A stretch of DNA of 63,048 bases, filler included, from Rhabdomonas costata (taxonomy: Eukaryota), in the NCBI GenBank assembly GCA_019059605.1. It is 31 parts of 31 records of this genome, joined end to end, with 100 filler letters (N's around TTAATTAATTAA, not from the genome) between each part and the next. Parts side by side here need not be neighbours in the genome. Positions count along the whole stretch, not along the records: positions 22,418 to 24,354 come from JAHMHO010007190.1; positions 24,455 to 26,391 come from JAHMHO010007191.1; positions 26,492 to 28,428 come from JAHMHO010007192.1; positions 28,529 to 30,465 come from JAHMHO010007193.1; positions 30,566 to 32,506 come from JAHMHO010007194.1; positions 32,607 to 34,543 come from JAHMHO010007195.1; positions 34,644 to 36,580 come from JAHMHO010007196.1; positions 36,681 to 38,616 come from JAHMHO010007197.1; 23 more parts are not named here. The stretch is one strand, 5' to 3'. Position 1 is the stretch's first letter. Each line of letters opens with the position of its first letter. The translations under genes were made by a program, and so were the position numbers. Under the pieces are notes generated by a model. The model saw only the letters and a list, made by a program, of their open reading frames with translations, was not told where the DNA came from and did not search any database. This document shows positions 24,212 through 36,849 of the stretch, piece by piece.

Positions 24212-25140
24212 CTGCAGTCAAGACCCGAACAAGGTATGAAAAAAAGTCAAAAGACAGGGTTGTATCTTGCGAAAGCAGCCAATTAGAGCAATTAATTCTC
24301 TTAGTCGTGGCCTTGACCACAAATGGACTCCAGAGGAAGGACATCCACAAACACNNNNNNNNNNNNNNNNNNNNNNNNNNNNNNNNNNNNNNNNNNNNTT
24401 AATTAATTAANNNNNNNNNNNNNNNNNNNNNNNNNNNNNNNNNNNNNNNNNNNNGGTGTTGTGGTGGGAGGTGGGAGATGAAAAACTTCTCCAAGCCATG
24501 GCGAACAACTCATGATCATTATTTCTACCCCCACCCCAAGTCAGTTTAGCGATGGCCTGCCCCTTGCGGGGCAACCGGTTTCGTGACGTTTAGTAGGGTG
24601 GGTCCACTCACTGCTGTGCAGAGAGGTCCGAGTCACGGCTGGGATGCAAGAGCGCAAGGATATATGTAGCTGCGGTTCAGTTTTACAACCAATTGAACAT
24701 GGTTTATGCCCTCTGTTTTTTTTTCGAGGATTATTGGCGCTGGCTGCCAGGTCAACAGGACGCTCTCTTTGCGCGTCTCCCGCGCTCTGGTGGAGGGGAG
24801 CATGGGATTATGGGGAGTCGATGAGCCGATGAGCCTGTTGATCTGGTGGAAATCGTGTTGCGGGAGAGGGTTGTGGTAATCATGATTAGCATCGTTATCC
24901 TCGGTCCACTGGCATCACAATGCATCTCAAAAGCTAAAACGATGAGTCAAGACGTTTTTTTCCAAACTGGTGCGTCGCCTAATCCCCTGGAAGGCGAAGG
25001 AACTGTCCCAGGAAACATAGGCCGTCCCCCAATTCACGATCCATTCCCCAGACATTTATTTGTAGCAGTTGCCCTTTTCGCTGTGGAACCCCCCAGTTAG
25101 GCCATCGTGTGTGTGTGTGTATGGTTGGCTGCCTTCGCAG

Positions 25141-25282
25141 TTCACGCCCAGCGGGAAGGTCAGTCTGCACTGCCACCTGTGCCCGGAAGGCGGCGGGCGG
25201 CTAGTCTTCGAAGTCCAGGACACTGGCGTTGGGCTTTCCGCGGAAGCATTGGAAAGGCTGTTCCAGCCCTATGTGCAAACCG
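25141..25282 (+). CDS. Histidine kinase HATPase_c exon (G1 and F boxes)
   Basis: AG|FTPSGKVSLHCHLCPEGGGRLVFEVQDTGVGLSAEALERLFQPYVQT-G|GT. Confidence 0.9.
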
Positions 25283-25532
25283 GTGTGCGTATATTTGTCG
25301 GTGGAATCGCGGTTGTGGTGTGTTGTCTCCCGTGTTGTCTCTTCAGGTCTCCCACCTTCCTTTCCCTGCACCGGAATAAAACGAGGTCATTTACCCCCCG
25401 AAACAGTGGCCACGGTTAGACGTGAGAGCCTTGGTCAGAGGAAACCCAGACGAAAAACATGTGCTCTGTTCTACACTGTGTGTGGTGGGGTGTGCAAAAG
25501 GGGGCGTAAAAAAAAGGGCGAACCCAACAGAC

Positions 25533-25933
25533 CTCGGGGCAGGATTCAGACAGAAGCATCACCACGTTGTGGCCAAAGGGAAGAGACTGCAGCAGCGGCA
25601 CCGCCTCGGAGGGCTCTGAAAAGCCATGGTGGGGTAATCCCAGGGTTTGCAGCTTTTCGCGTAGCCCCAGCCGTACCACCGGGTCGGGGTGAAGGGCCAC
25701 TACCACACCACAGGAGGTTCCCCGGAAGTGGGGAAGCGAGGCAGAGGGTCCCAGGGAGGAGAGCTGCTGCGCAGTGGGGCGCTGGAAGGGGAACCAGAAG
25801 CTGAACCGGGAGCCCAGGCCAACGCCCTGGCTGGAGGCAGTCAGGTCGCCGCCCATGAGCTGGACCAGCTTCCGAGAAATTACCAGCCCCAGACCGGTGC
25901 CCCCAGAGCGAAGGGTAGCCATGGCTGCGGCGT
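25533..25933 (-). CDS. Histidine kinase exon (G2 box plus degenerate receiver-like region)
   Basis: CAG|AC-AAAMATLRSGGTGLGLVISRKLVQLMGGDLTASSQGVGLGSRFSFWFPF..VVVALHPDPVVRLGLREKLQTLG..EAVPLL..CPE|GT. Confidence 0.9.
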
Positions 25934-27789
25934 CTGTGACGTCCACCAATGTGTGTGTAGTATGTGTATATGCGGCTCGCTCGGCCAGCAGCCTTTTTTG
26001 GCCAACAGTAAAGTGCTGCACCATTTTGTGGATCCCGGACACCCGCTTCTCGTGGTTCTTCAAAGTTCGAAGCCAAATCACCGTCTACCACGCTGGACTC
26101 GATTGTGGTGAAGGCGACTCAGACCCCACCCCAACAAGAACTTCCCCTGTGAAACATGGGGGCAGGTGCCTGGTTGACGAAATAAGTTGCCTGCAGTCTT
26201 GAGCACCAGCGAAACTTGAGACGATCGCTAAGCAAGGTCACGCACACACAAATTTTTTCGACCTGCTGAATATGCCACCTGGCCCCGCATCCGTGCTCTC
26301 ACTGCGACACCCCCCAGACAGGCGTTGTATGGAAGCATGCGTGCGTGAGTGTGTGCGTAGAGTGCGGGAGTTCCTACCATACCCACCACCCNNNNNNNNN
26401 NNNNNNNNNNNNNNNNNNNNNNNNNNNNNNNNNNNTTAATTAATTAANNNNNNNNNNNNNNNNNNNNNNNNNNNNNNNNNNNNNNNNNNNNTTGTTGTGG
26501 TAGAAGGCCTTTCTGGAGCTTATGTGAGTCCTTGCGGATGGGGATGGGATGTTTTGGGTTTCAGGTTGCCCGTTGCCCACTGCGGCTGTTGAACAGGATT
26601 GCGGGGTACTGGGTTCATTGTTGATGTTTAGATTCGTTTGCAAGGGAGAGCCTGAAGTCGCATGCCTGAGAGGGCTGGTGCGCGGTTGGATGTGAGGTGC
26701 TCTGAAAAGAGCATCTGCGTTTTCGGGATACGGTGATTTGCATAAGTTTGATGAACTTGTTCCCGACCAGCAGGACACCTCACTAGCATTTGGGCAACTG
26801 TAATATTCACATCAGGCTATTACCAATTCTACGGAAATAATACGGATGAGCAATCGAATTTGGCTCTGCTGCAGGCCATTGCTTTTTGCTGGCTGAGAAT
26901 CGTACCTGGTTTCCTTTGCCGTGCTTCGCCTCCCTTTGGCTGACGTGTTCGGCTCCACCTTTTGGGCATCGCCCTGTCCCCGTTTGAAATGTTTTTCAGC
27001 AGGCTTTTCTTTGGGTAGGATTGTTAGTATTCGGGATCATCAGTGGGTTCTCCAGAAGACTCTTCCGCCTTTTGTGGTGTTTACTGTTATCTCGAATTTT
27101 TCTGCTCTTGTTAGTACACTGGGGTATTTTTGGAAAAATGTCATCAAAGCAGCACGCGGTTTGGCAACTTCGGGCCCCCGCATCTTCACAGATAGCAGAA
27201 TTGCCGTCGCCAGCGTCAACCAGCGCACTCCTGGAGGTTTGTATGTATTTCTCCTGCTCCAGTAGCAGCTTGGGTTGCCCCAACTATTGCCCGTCAGTGC
27301 TTGCACCGTGCACTGTGCTTTCTCCACCCGTTTCTGAGCTGCAGCTCGAAGCACGGCTGGTGGAGCTAGAGCGGTGCTGTGTGTGAATCCCAGCGCAGGT
27401 GGGCCGCATCGGGACCATTGTGCTTCGTGTGGAGCAGCTCGGTGGATTGCTTGAAGGTAAGCAAGGAAAGGGGAGCCTCCCCTCCCAGAGCAATGTTATC
27501 GAGTCCAGTGTATCGGGAGGGTTCGAGCAAGTTCCGCAGGGTGGTTCGGGTTTCCCTTCGCGGCCACGGAGAATGCAGAGCACCGACCCAGTAGGTAGCC
27601 GCAACGCTCCAAAGGGATTAGTTTTGAGCACTCAAAAAATTAGGGGTTTGATATGGCGTTCAAGCGCCCCCTACACGCACATGGGAGGGGAGTGCATGTT
27701 ATTCTCGGCATTCTACCGACAAATCAGCACAAAGCACTGTTGCATCATTAACAAGAGGCCGATAGATCACAGAGTTCTCCACGTACCTG

Positions 27790-27917
27790 CGGAGGAGTGA
27801 GTTCCAGAAGAGCCGCGTTACTCAAAGGCCCTGGAGCAGGACCCCACGCACCCCGTTCTGCTCAGTAACCGCTCTCCTTCCAACCGGAAACTTAAGGATT
27901 ACGTGAATGCCCTGAAG
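27790..27917 (+). pseudogene. Degenerate TPR-repeat fragment (STI1/SGT-like)
   Basis: YSKALEQDPTHPVLLSNRSPSNRKLKDYVNALK|GT. The upstream helix appears to be in another frame. Confidence 0.5.
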
Positions 27918-28991
27918 GTGGATCCCTTTCACCGCAGCCATTGTGTGTGGTTCTGCATACCTTGTTTCATGCAAGATGTGGCACAACGGGAAGGGGGGCA
28001 ATCTAAATCTAACTTAGTAAGGGTTGCCGCATGTCAACTTTTGTGATTATCTCAATTGGTCAATTCGGCGGCCTCTTCCCTCGCGACATGACGGTCACGG
28101 TCTAATGTGGGGGAAAGCTTCATCATACTGTCCGCGCCGAAAGAGCTCACCCAGGCCAAGTTAGGTTCGCGCTTATTCTTCGAAATGCGGTGGGGCTTGC
28201 CAACCAGAGAGGGTCGCTGCTTCACTTGGTTTGTATGTCAGGCTACGAAAGGGTTTTTATAACGGTATGAGTACGTGGCTGCATGTTTAGTATGGTTGCC
28301 GCAGGTGGATCAAGATGTTTCCTCCCCTAGCCGCTGCTCTGTCTCTCTCTTTCTGTTAGGTTGCTCAAGGTTTAGACAGAATGTTGTCTTTTTTTTGAAT
28401 CTGATAGCGTGCTGTGATACAAAAAACANNNNNNNNNNNNNNNNNNNNNNNNNNNNNNNNNNNNNNNNNNNNTTAATTAATTAANNNNNNNNNNNNNNNN
28501 NNNNNNNNNNNNNNNNNNNNNNNNNNNNGGTTTTTTGTGTTTATATCTGATGTTCTCTTGTACTTTTCTGGTCTACAATGATTCACAGCAATTCTCTTCT
28601 TTTTCCCAGCTGTAGGCAAACACCCCTCCGTCCTCCAATGGAATGCGACTGCGCTAAACGCTTTCTCCGCGGCCACGTTGACCCTGTTACCCGTGAATGC
28701 GTGACCGCGTATTTGGGTGCTCGCCTGTTCCACGGGTGCGAGCAGGCGCGGGAAAACAGTTTTTTTTTCGAATAAACATTAAAAGTGGGTGGTCGTATGA
28801 AGCTTGGCGCTTGTGCACTTGCCATTGTTCTTGATGCCCGAGTCTTCGCGTACACTAATTTCTGAATCAGCCAAATAGAAGAAGTATCTGATGACAGCGG
28901 TAGTGACACTCCTACAGATTCTGGCAGAGCGCCCTGACAAACACAGCCTGAGTGACCACAAACAGTGATGAACCCTCACATTCACAGGCAC

Positions 28992-30019
28992 CTGCCACAG
29001 CAGCTCCCGCTGTAGCTCCATGATGCACTCGAACATGACGAGGTTCCCTGTGCAAGGTGGAATGAAGATGCCTCTTACTCAGTAAGGGCTCACAGAACGC
29101 AGCACACGTGTACATGTGGGTGGTGTACGGGCATCCTGGGACCCCGATTTCCGGTGCATTTTACGGACGCAAGGTAGAGGGTAGGTTGCACCCCTCCCTT
29201 TTGCATGAAGGGGCGCGTCTATCGCTCCCTGACCCGGTGAGATATCTTCCAACTTGTCCTAGGGCGTCATGTCCTTATAGGTGGACGAGACGTGCGTAGA
29301 ATCCGTTAAATGCACCGTGGAGAGGTCCTCGAAATGCCTCAGTGCCTCGGTGTAGTGCAGGTAGAACCGGGTTGTGTAAGGTTTGGACAATGCATCCCAA
29401 AAGTAGATGCAGAAAACCACTGCCATGCGCGGCCATTGTCGCAGCTGTAAGGAACATCACAATAATGGGCCGGTGAGGCAGCAGTCGCGAAGCCGCGCTT
29501 GTAAGAGCCGCGCAATGGCTTGCAAAGGCGGAAGAAGGAAAGGGAAGTTGGGTTTGGTTGTGGCAGTTAAATGTGGAAAGAAATATTCTCTCTGGCATGC
29601 ATCCAATGGAAGTCACAGTCGCACTCCTTCGAGATATGACAAACGAAGAGATGGAAGGTGCAGTGCAAGTTTCTCCACTTTTCAGCAAACCAGTCTGCAC
29701 CGTCAAAGCGAGCGGTGTCATTTGTTTGTTGTTTCGCTTGGCCAGCAACTCCTGCAGCTGCGTGGCCTTGGGCCCGGGGAGGCTGCTGCGGAGGTTGTAG
29801 ATCTCCTTGGCCATCTCCGGGAGGTTGTGGATCACCAGGAGGTGGAAGATGGTATTGCCTCCAGAGTCCGTCATAAACAGAGTCTTCTTTGCCCTCTGGT
29901 CCTGCAGCAGAATTTCAACCTGTGCGATGGGGCGCCCACGACAAAAGGAAGGGGCACCGGCCAATAGCAGTTATGTTCACCTCATGGGCCACCAAGTTCT
30001 TCACATGTTCCTTGAGTGT
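28992..30019 (-). CDS. Ankyrin-repeat region resembling TRPV-type channel ARD and linker
   Basis: Exons 30019-29981 (tentative), 29919-29691 and 29047-28992 give ..LFMTDSGGNTIFHLLVIHNLPEMAKEIYNL..LQELLAKRNNKQMTPLALTVQTG-NLVMFECIMELQRELLWQ, matching the TRPV pattern DSxGNTxLHxLV..NxxGLTPLxLA..G..MF..I...RE..W. Confidence 0.6.
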
Positions 30020-32174
30020 CTACATGCCCACCAGTGATGACCACAGGCTGTGCCGCTTTCGCAGCATTCTCTCACGGCATGGGCTGGGACAGAAGAGATA
30101 CGACGCACACCAACCCCAGTACGCTGGCACACTGTGGCAATTGTTGTTTTGATGTTTGCTTCTTGCGACGCCACAAAGGTCGAGCCATTTGAAACTTCGA
30201 ATGCTGAACGTCATGTCACACCGCCAGGAGAACACCTCGGAACGATTAGGAAGAAGGGAAGCCAGATTTGGTTGCTAAAGGGAGACTTGGCATAAGACTG
30301 AAAAAGGAGCACAACAGAATTGAAAAGCAGGTTCAGTGCATTTTTGTGTTAAAGATCAGAGACACGAGGTTGTTTCTGTTCATTTCCCACAGATCACGTT
30401 TAACTCCATTTTTGGACCTTTTTTTTATACCTTTTTCGAGTGTTGAAAAAGGTACAAAAAAAAACNNNNNNNNNNNNNNNNNNNNNNNNNNNNNNNNNNN
30501 NNNNNNNNNTTAATTAATTAANNNNNNNNNNNNNNNNNNNNNNNNNNNNNNNNNNNNNNNNNNNNGTTGGTGGGTATTTGGGTTTTGGTCTTTGGTGTCG
30601 GGGTTCCTCTTCGGAGGTTGGGGTTTGGGTTCTGTCTCGGGTTCGCGGAAGTCCCTCGGGATCTCCTAGTAGGAATGACGGTCGGTCTTGTGCGAAAAGC
30701 GTGCATGACGAACGAGAAAGAGCTCCAAGTGCAGGATACGGTGAAGGTGACGAATGAGACGACGATGACTCGATAAGGATGCGGTCCGAAGCTTGATCAC
30801 GTACGGTCGAAACGATCATTGTAGCTACATTACACTCATACACGATGACAACAACAACGATGCTCACGAGGTCAGTAACCCATGGACGCATGTGGTGAAG
30901 TTGAACCAAGGCGCTCGATCCGCGATGTAACTCAGCGATGCTGGAACCACGTGTTAGGCTGACCATACGTAGGCGTAGGAGCAGCAATGAGATACCTGGC
31001 GTAGTTGGGCGTCAGATGAAAGACCTAGTGATGGATGCTAGGCTATAGCGTACACCAGCCCCTTGATGAGGTTAGGCGTAAGGTGACCGGTGATGCAACG
31101 TCACTCAAACCCTACAGCTGAACCCGATCATGGCGTGGGAGGTGAGCTGACTGTCTACCCTGGGTCATACTGGGCACTGGATGTCAGCCTCTCATAGTCT
31201 GGCGCTCACATGGTACGAGGTGAAGGATTCGACCATGTGTAAGGTGACCGTACGCAGTGGGCTAAGGCTTCTGCTGTATGCACTCCACACTATACGCATA
31301 GGCTATACACCTTTAGCGTTACGTTGTTGGAAGGTAAGACATACGCGAAGAACAACCACCTTACGGATGCACTGTTGAGTGGAGGGTTAGCATGCACCTA
31401 CCTCACAGTGCTGACCGTACCCCTGCATCAGGAGGAGTATCAAGGTGACACGTTACGCACTGCACCCTCCGTTGATGGTAGGACAGGGTGTAAGGGTATC
31501 AGGGTAAGCTGATGGGATGAGCGTCAAGGCCCCGCAGGGTGACAGTGCCGATCCCAAGCTGAGTACATGACACCGATGCATGTGCTCAACCCTACCCATC
31601 CCTTACACACCACCACCACCTTGATGCATGGGTACAGAGTGGCTACGTGAGAAGGAAGGGTGTAACGCTGCATGCCTCCATGCCTATAACAGGGTGGCCG
31701 CTGCAGAACCCACTCCACGATGCTGAACCCAAACCCACACCACGACATCACGTTGAGGCTGTTAGAGCGTAACGGTAGATGAGTGTGTGCTGGAGTTGAA
31801 GGGCAGCGGCCACCACGCAACCATCCATCCACCTACTACGGCATGTCGACAAGCACCATGCCTTCGTGACGTAGGGATGTTGAAGGGTGATGATGGTTGT
31901 TGTGATACCCTGATGCCTTGACGTGAGGATGACGCAAGGGAAGATGCCAGTGGTGGTGAGATGATGCCATACACTAGGGATGCAAGGCACAAGGGGACCC
32001 AGATGCATGAAACCCTGATGTGAGAAAGATGCGAAGAGGAGCCCGCCGAGGGCGACACGTGATCGACAGAACGTATAGAAGGGTGTTGGAGGAACGTAGC
32101 GCCTTATGGCGTGGAGTGACGACCAGGGTAGAATGCCTTGATGTCGCATGCTCGGTACCTCGCATGCTCCAGGG

Positions 32175-32430
32175 GGTTCTTGCTGTCGTCGATGCTCACT
32201 ACGTTCGCATCTCCTCCTAAATGCAGTGGTTCGGTCGCTCCACCGCGGTGCGGCTACGCTCCCTCACAGATACAGAAGATGTTGCTTGTCACTCGGTCGC
32301 TGCGCTCCCTCGTTCCTGTATCCTGTCGGCATTCACTACGTTCATGCCTCCAATCCCCACTCACTGCGTTTCGTGGGGGCCCTAAGGTTCTTGATGTCGT
32401 CGATGCTCACTGCGTTCGCATCTCCTCCTA
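32175..32430. repeat. 45-bp direct repeat pair in a decayed repetitive contig
   Basis: GGTTCTTG(C/A)TGTCGTCGATGCTCACT(A/G)CGTTCGCATCTCCTCCTA at 32175-32219 and 32386-32430 (2 mismatches). Confidence 0.85.
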
Positions 32431-32634
32431 GAAGTGATGGTTCATGCATTCCACCGGCATAAGCCGCTTACATGCATTCACCTTCTACAGATACCCCACT
32501 CACTGCNNNNNNNNNNNNNNNNNNNNNNNNNNNNNNNNNNNNNNNNNNNNTTAATTAATTAANNNNNNNNNNNNNNNNNNNNNNNNNNNNNNNNNNNNNN
32601 NNNNNNGGGGGTGGTGTGGGGAAGAAAAGGCCGT

Positions 32635-32653
32635 GGGTTAGGGTTAGGGTTAG
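32635..32653 (+). repeat. Short telomere-like (TTAGGG)n tract
   Basis: GGGTTAGGGTTAGGGTTAG. Confidence 0.7.
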
Positions 32654-33018
32654 CAGGGGGGTTGGTGGTAACGAGAATTAGGAGTGGGGCGCACCCGAGG
32701 AGGGATGACCAATGTGGGAAAACCCCACTTTTCGAAGTGTACCGCCCCCTAACCCTCTGCGAGACAGTAATCCCCAGGGATGCGAACTTTACCCTCTGTC
32801 GCTATGCGCGAAAAATAGCCCCCCCCCCGTACACGCGACAGCTGCAAAGAATCCGAACCTAAAACATAAATAATAAATAGTCGTGGGCACCAGAATCTGA
32901 AATTCGAATTCGAAAACATGTTTGTCGTGGCCACAATTATGAAAAAGAGGCTAAGGCGACCTCGGTGTTTAATGTGATGTTATACCATTCTTTCACGTAC
33001 TGGAATGCCTCCAGATAA

Positions 33019-33050
33019 AACCTGACAACCTGACAACCTGACAACCTGAC
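33019..33050. repeat. (AACCTGAC)4 tandem repeat
   Basis: Four exact octamers. Confidence 0.9.
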
Positions 33051-33199
33051 ACGCACCATTATTTTCAAGAAATCCCTGTCAACAGCCTCTGATCCGAACC
33101 CGCTGCCTGCGCCGCGAGTGAGAGAAAGCGTATCTACCAACCCTCTTCTCGCTCCCTCCTGAGCAAAACCCACAACTCTGAAGACGGACCGAACAGCAC

Positions 33200-34233
33200 C
33201 TGCAGCGCTGACCCGGAATGACACCGGGGCGAGCTCCGACGCGAACGCGGCGTAGTTCACGGGGAAGGGCGAGAGGTCGGCCAGGGCGAACTGAGTCCCC
33301 TGCCCAACCTGTGCGCCCGCGCCCACCCGCACTACCCCGCCGGCCCAGCTCACCCAGTAGCTCGCGCTGAACGGCAGGTCCCCCGAGACCACAATGCTCG
33401 TCCCCGTCACAATGACGCTGGTCGTGCCCTGGGCATCCGCGTTGATCACCACGAGGTGACTCTTTGCTGTTGGAGAGGGCGTCGTGGGGGAGTCCGTGAG
33501 AAGGATGTACAACTTGCACCTCGCACCGCAGGACGAGACCGTGAAGGTGAGGGCGGTTTGCTCACTCACCTGCCAAGGCAGGAAGTAAAACTGCATGTTG
33601 CCGTAGGTGTCGACGGTTGTTGGACCTTTTTGTGGGGGAGCAAAGAGACATAGGAAAATGGTATTGGTGTGTGTGCGCGGGCACTTAACGTTTAGTGCCG
33701 TAAAACGCTTCTGACCTTTGCGGCATGTTGGAATTATGATTGCTGGTTTATTTTTGAGGCGCAGGTCAGTAAGCAGCGCAACCAGTGCGGGCGTTGGGCC
33801 GTTCCATTGAGGTAGGCGATGCTCCGCTTTGAAATGGTGAACGTCCGAACCGCTGACTTTTTGACGAGGTCATTTTTTAGACGGAGTTAGGAAAACGGTG
33901 TCAACTACCTCCAAATGCACTTATTTAACCTAAATCGGGGTTAGATGCACGGTGCGTTCTGTCCTCTATAAAGACTTATGTGAGAGGGGTGTGAGAGGGG
34001 GGGGGGGGCATTGGCAGTGATAATGAGTTTACGCGCCCCCCAAAAAACCAGCCTGACCCAAATAGTGAGGGCGAACCAACCGTGCATGGAAATGATCGGA
34101 ATGCAAGGGCTGCAAAGGACCACAAAGGAATACCTTGGGCGAAGGCCAAGGGCATCTGCGACAGAAGAGTGGCGGCCAGCAGCAGAAAGAAAACGGTCGC
34201 TCTCAAAGATGAACCATTGGTCAGCATATCCAT
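33200..34233 (-). CDS. Secreted/surface protein with signal peptide and FAMeT-like (Methyltransf_FA) domain, first 2 exons
   Basis: Exon 34233-34134 MDMLTNGSSLRATVFFLLLAATLLSQMPLAFAQ; exon 33625-33200 GPTTVDTYGNMQFYFL..LTFTVSS..LYILLT..SYWVSWAGGVVRVGAG..DLSPFPVNYAAFAS. The FWxxW..GxIxVG..D..P..VxY..F pattern fits this domain. Confidence 0.62.
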
Positions 34234-35143
34234 TGCTCTAGATGGCGGATGCAGGCGGACACTGTCCGGGAGAAAAGATGTTTACCTCCTGAGACAGAAG
34301 CCGACAGCGATGAAACACGGATGCACGCGTGTATGCGTGAGTGTGTGTGCGCGCTAATGTTTGTTGCGGTTTCCGTTGCCGCTGTGGACTGACGGTTGGC
34401 GACGTGTGCTCGCGAAAGACATCTTAGGAGCAAAGGGCCCTGTGGGGTACCGGCTCGCACCACAGCGTGCCACGAGCGATAATCTCCTCCCTCCCCCACG
34501 GGTCCGGGGCCTTTGTCACGCCAGCTACTTTTTCCCAACACAANNNNNNNNNNNNNNNNNNNNNNNNNNNNNNNNNNNNNNNNNNNNTTAATTAATTAAN
34601 NNNNNNNNNNNNNNNNNNNNNNNNNNNNNNNNNNNNNNNNNNNGTTGGTGTTGTTGGCTGGCCTTTGGGATAAGGGTTGTATGTTGTCCTTGGTTTGGAT
34701 GGTTGGATGGTTTGGATCGGTGGAAGATTTGGCTTGTAGGGCTAAGTTTTGTTCCCGAAACGAAACGAAGTGAGATACGAACGTAGTGCTCTGTGGGGTT
34801 CAGTGTGCAAGGCCAATGGAAAAATGTCCATGTGGGCGTCTGTTTAATTTCTCTTCAATGAAGTAGTCGAAGTTGTGACACGAGGAAGACGTTGTGGCAA
34901 AGCAAACGTTTCGTTTTGTTCGGGACCCCTTAACGCGAGCGTATGGTGCGCAGACCCCATACTTGTTCGCTCACGTGTGTATATGTGGAGCAGGGTTGAA
35001 TTCTAGAAGCACCTGGAGAAGCGGCCAGGCGGCGGAAAGACATGAAATTCCGCTGGATGCGGAAAAGACCTCCCGCGCAGCAATTTCTTGAGCCAGAAAT
35101 GTGGTGTGCCCGAAGTCTCGGGAGTACACTTCTTGCGCTCTAG

Positions 35144-35430
35144 GAGGAACTTCCTCCCGGGATCAGCCTGCCACGTCCGCGGACAGCTTCGGGGCGCCAC
35201 TCTCCCCAGAGTCCGTTAACATGGAGCTCCCGGGAACCTCTCGCTTCTCACGGCCCTCCTTCGAAGACAGCACCGATGCTGCTGCCGCCGGCACTACCAC
35301 CACCACCTCCTCCTCCCCGTCCCGCCCGCCGAAGAACCGGCCCATCATTGACCCGGTGCTGTTCCGGTCCAAAACCCCAACGACGTTCGACCACCGCGCT
35401 TTCCCGGTCTCCTACAAGACTTTCTCATAG
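35144..35430 (+). CDS. Possible terminal exon of an unknown Ser/Thr/Pro-rich protein
   Basis: A GC-rich open frame after TCTAG ending ..PIIDPVLFRSKTPTTFDHRAFPVSYKTFS*. No family recognised. Confidence 0.35.
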
Positions 35431-36849
35431 AGAGAGAAGTTGGTTGGAAGCGCTCGCCAGTGTTCTGACAGTGGCGGGTGGGGGAACCGGGTGTTTGTTT
35501 CTGAGGGAGCGGGAAACAGGGAAGAGTGCAGTACGGGGGTACCGTAGGCTTGGGCTCCTTCGGCTCGTGGAAAACTTGAAGTTTTCGGGCTGTCAAATTT
35601 TTGGGGCAGCGCGGGGGGCGGTAAAAAATTAGAAGCACCAAGTAATGCATTTGGAGATAGCTGACATAATTTATTCAAACCTCGTGTCCTAATAATGACA
35701 CCGCCAAAAAAAAAAGGACAGGTTCCGTCGTTTAGCTTTGCTAAAAGTTTAGCAGTAGCAAACGTTTTATTTGCCCTTCCCATGGAACCTCCCAATCATT
35801 TGGTGTTCTGTGCGATTCCGTTTGAAGGGTTGAAGACAGGTTGATATGAAGTTACATGAGGTTCACGTAATTTTATGTGCAGTTTCAGTGAAAGGCTGCA
35901 AATTTCCGCAGGAGGGGGAGACGAAGGAACCTGGGTGTGCCGGTCCGCATGAGGCCTGGACAGGGTTAGTTTTTGCTTTATCGGGTCGAGCGAAGAGACT
36001 GGCTGGACCTGTGACATGGTGAGGACAGCCTATTTCGTTCAGCTTCGGTGTGAAAATTAAAGAGAGAAGGAGACAGCGAGTTGTCTTCAGTTATTAACTG
36101 TGCTTTTCCATCACACACACACATACACGCAGACGAGAGATAGAGAGAGCCATTTTGTGCGTTTGCAATTGAGATGTGGACTGTTCAGGCTTCCCACCTC
36201 AGTGCGCTGCGTTGGTCTTCCTGTCCTTTTCGTCTTTGCTTTTAACCCACCGAATGGGGAATGGGGTGGCGTATCGGCTTGTTTAATGGTGCTCCTCGCA
36301 CCTTCCGCACCCGGGGCGAGGCAGTGCCTTTCCTGCTTCAGCTTTTCTGAGTGTTGGGTCATGGGCGGGGTTTTGCATATCTTGCCCACCCAACCCTGGA
36401 GCCTTTCGCTTTGTTCGCAACGCCTTTGCAGAAACGGGAGGCTAGTGTATGTTCATGCATGTTGATGTGTGTGAGCTGGTCTCTGAGGGGAAACAAGCAA
36501 ACAAGCATCTGAAGATCCTGCCATGACTCGAGCACCATCTTTGGCCCCTTCCCCTCAGGTGGTGCTTGGCACCAAACCCCNNNNNNNNNNNNNNNNNNNN
36601 NNNNNNNNNNNNNNNNNNNNNNNNTTAATTAATTAANNNNNNNNNNNNNNNNNNNNNNNNNNNNNNNNNNNNNNNNNNNNGTTGGTTGGTCTTGTACTTC
36701 TAGCACTGTGTTCATGGGTGGATATCGGACAAGGGGGGGGAACAATATGCGACCAAAGAACTGAATTGGGATTGGGGTGAGGATGGAAACACAGGCTCTA
36801 ACCGCAACCACCACAAACACAGAAAAGGCAACGTGGCACCTGTCGTCAC

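Noticed and set aside
30566..32170. Coding gene or identifiable retroelement in contig 16
   Set aside because: The frames examined are stop-ridden with no RT, integrase or transposase motif. Only the direct repeats are supportable.
36344..36354. TTTCTGAGTGT (and CTTTCTGAG at 7121-7129 on -) resembling the euglenid spliced-leader 5' part
   Set aside because: The match is only 9-11 nt and lacks the rest of the mini-exon and its donor; compatible with chance.
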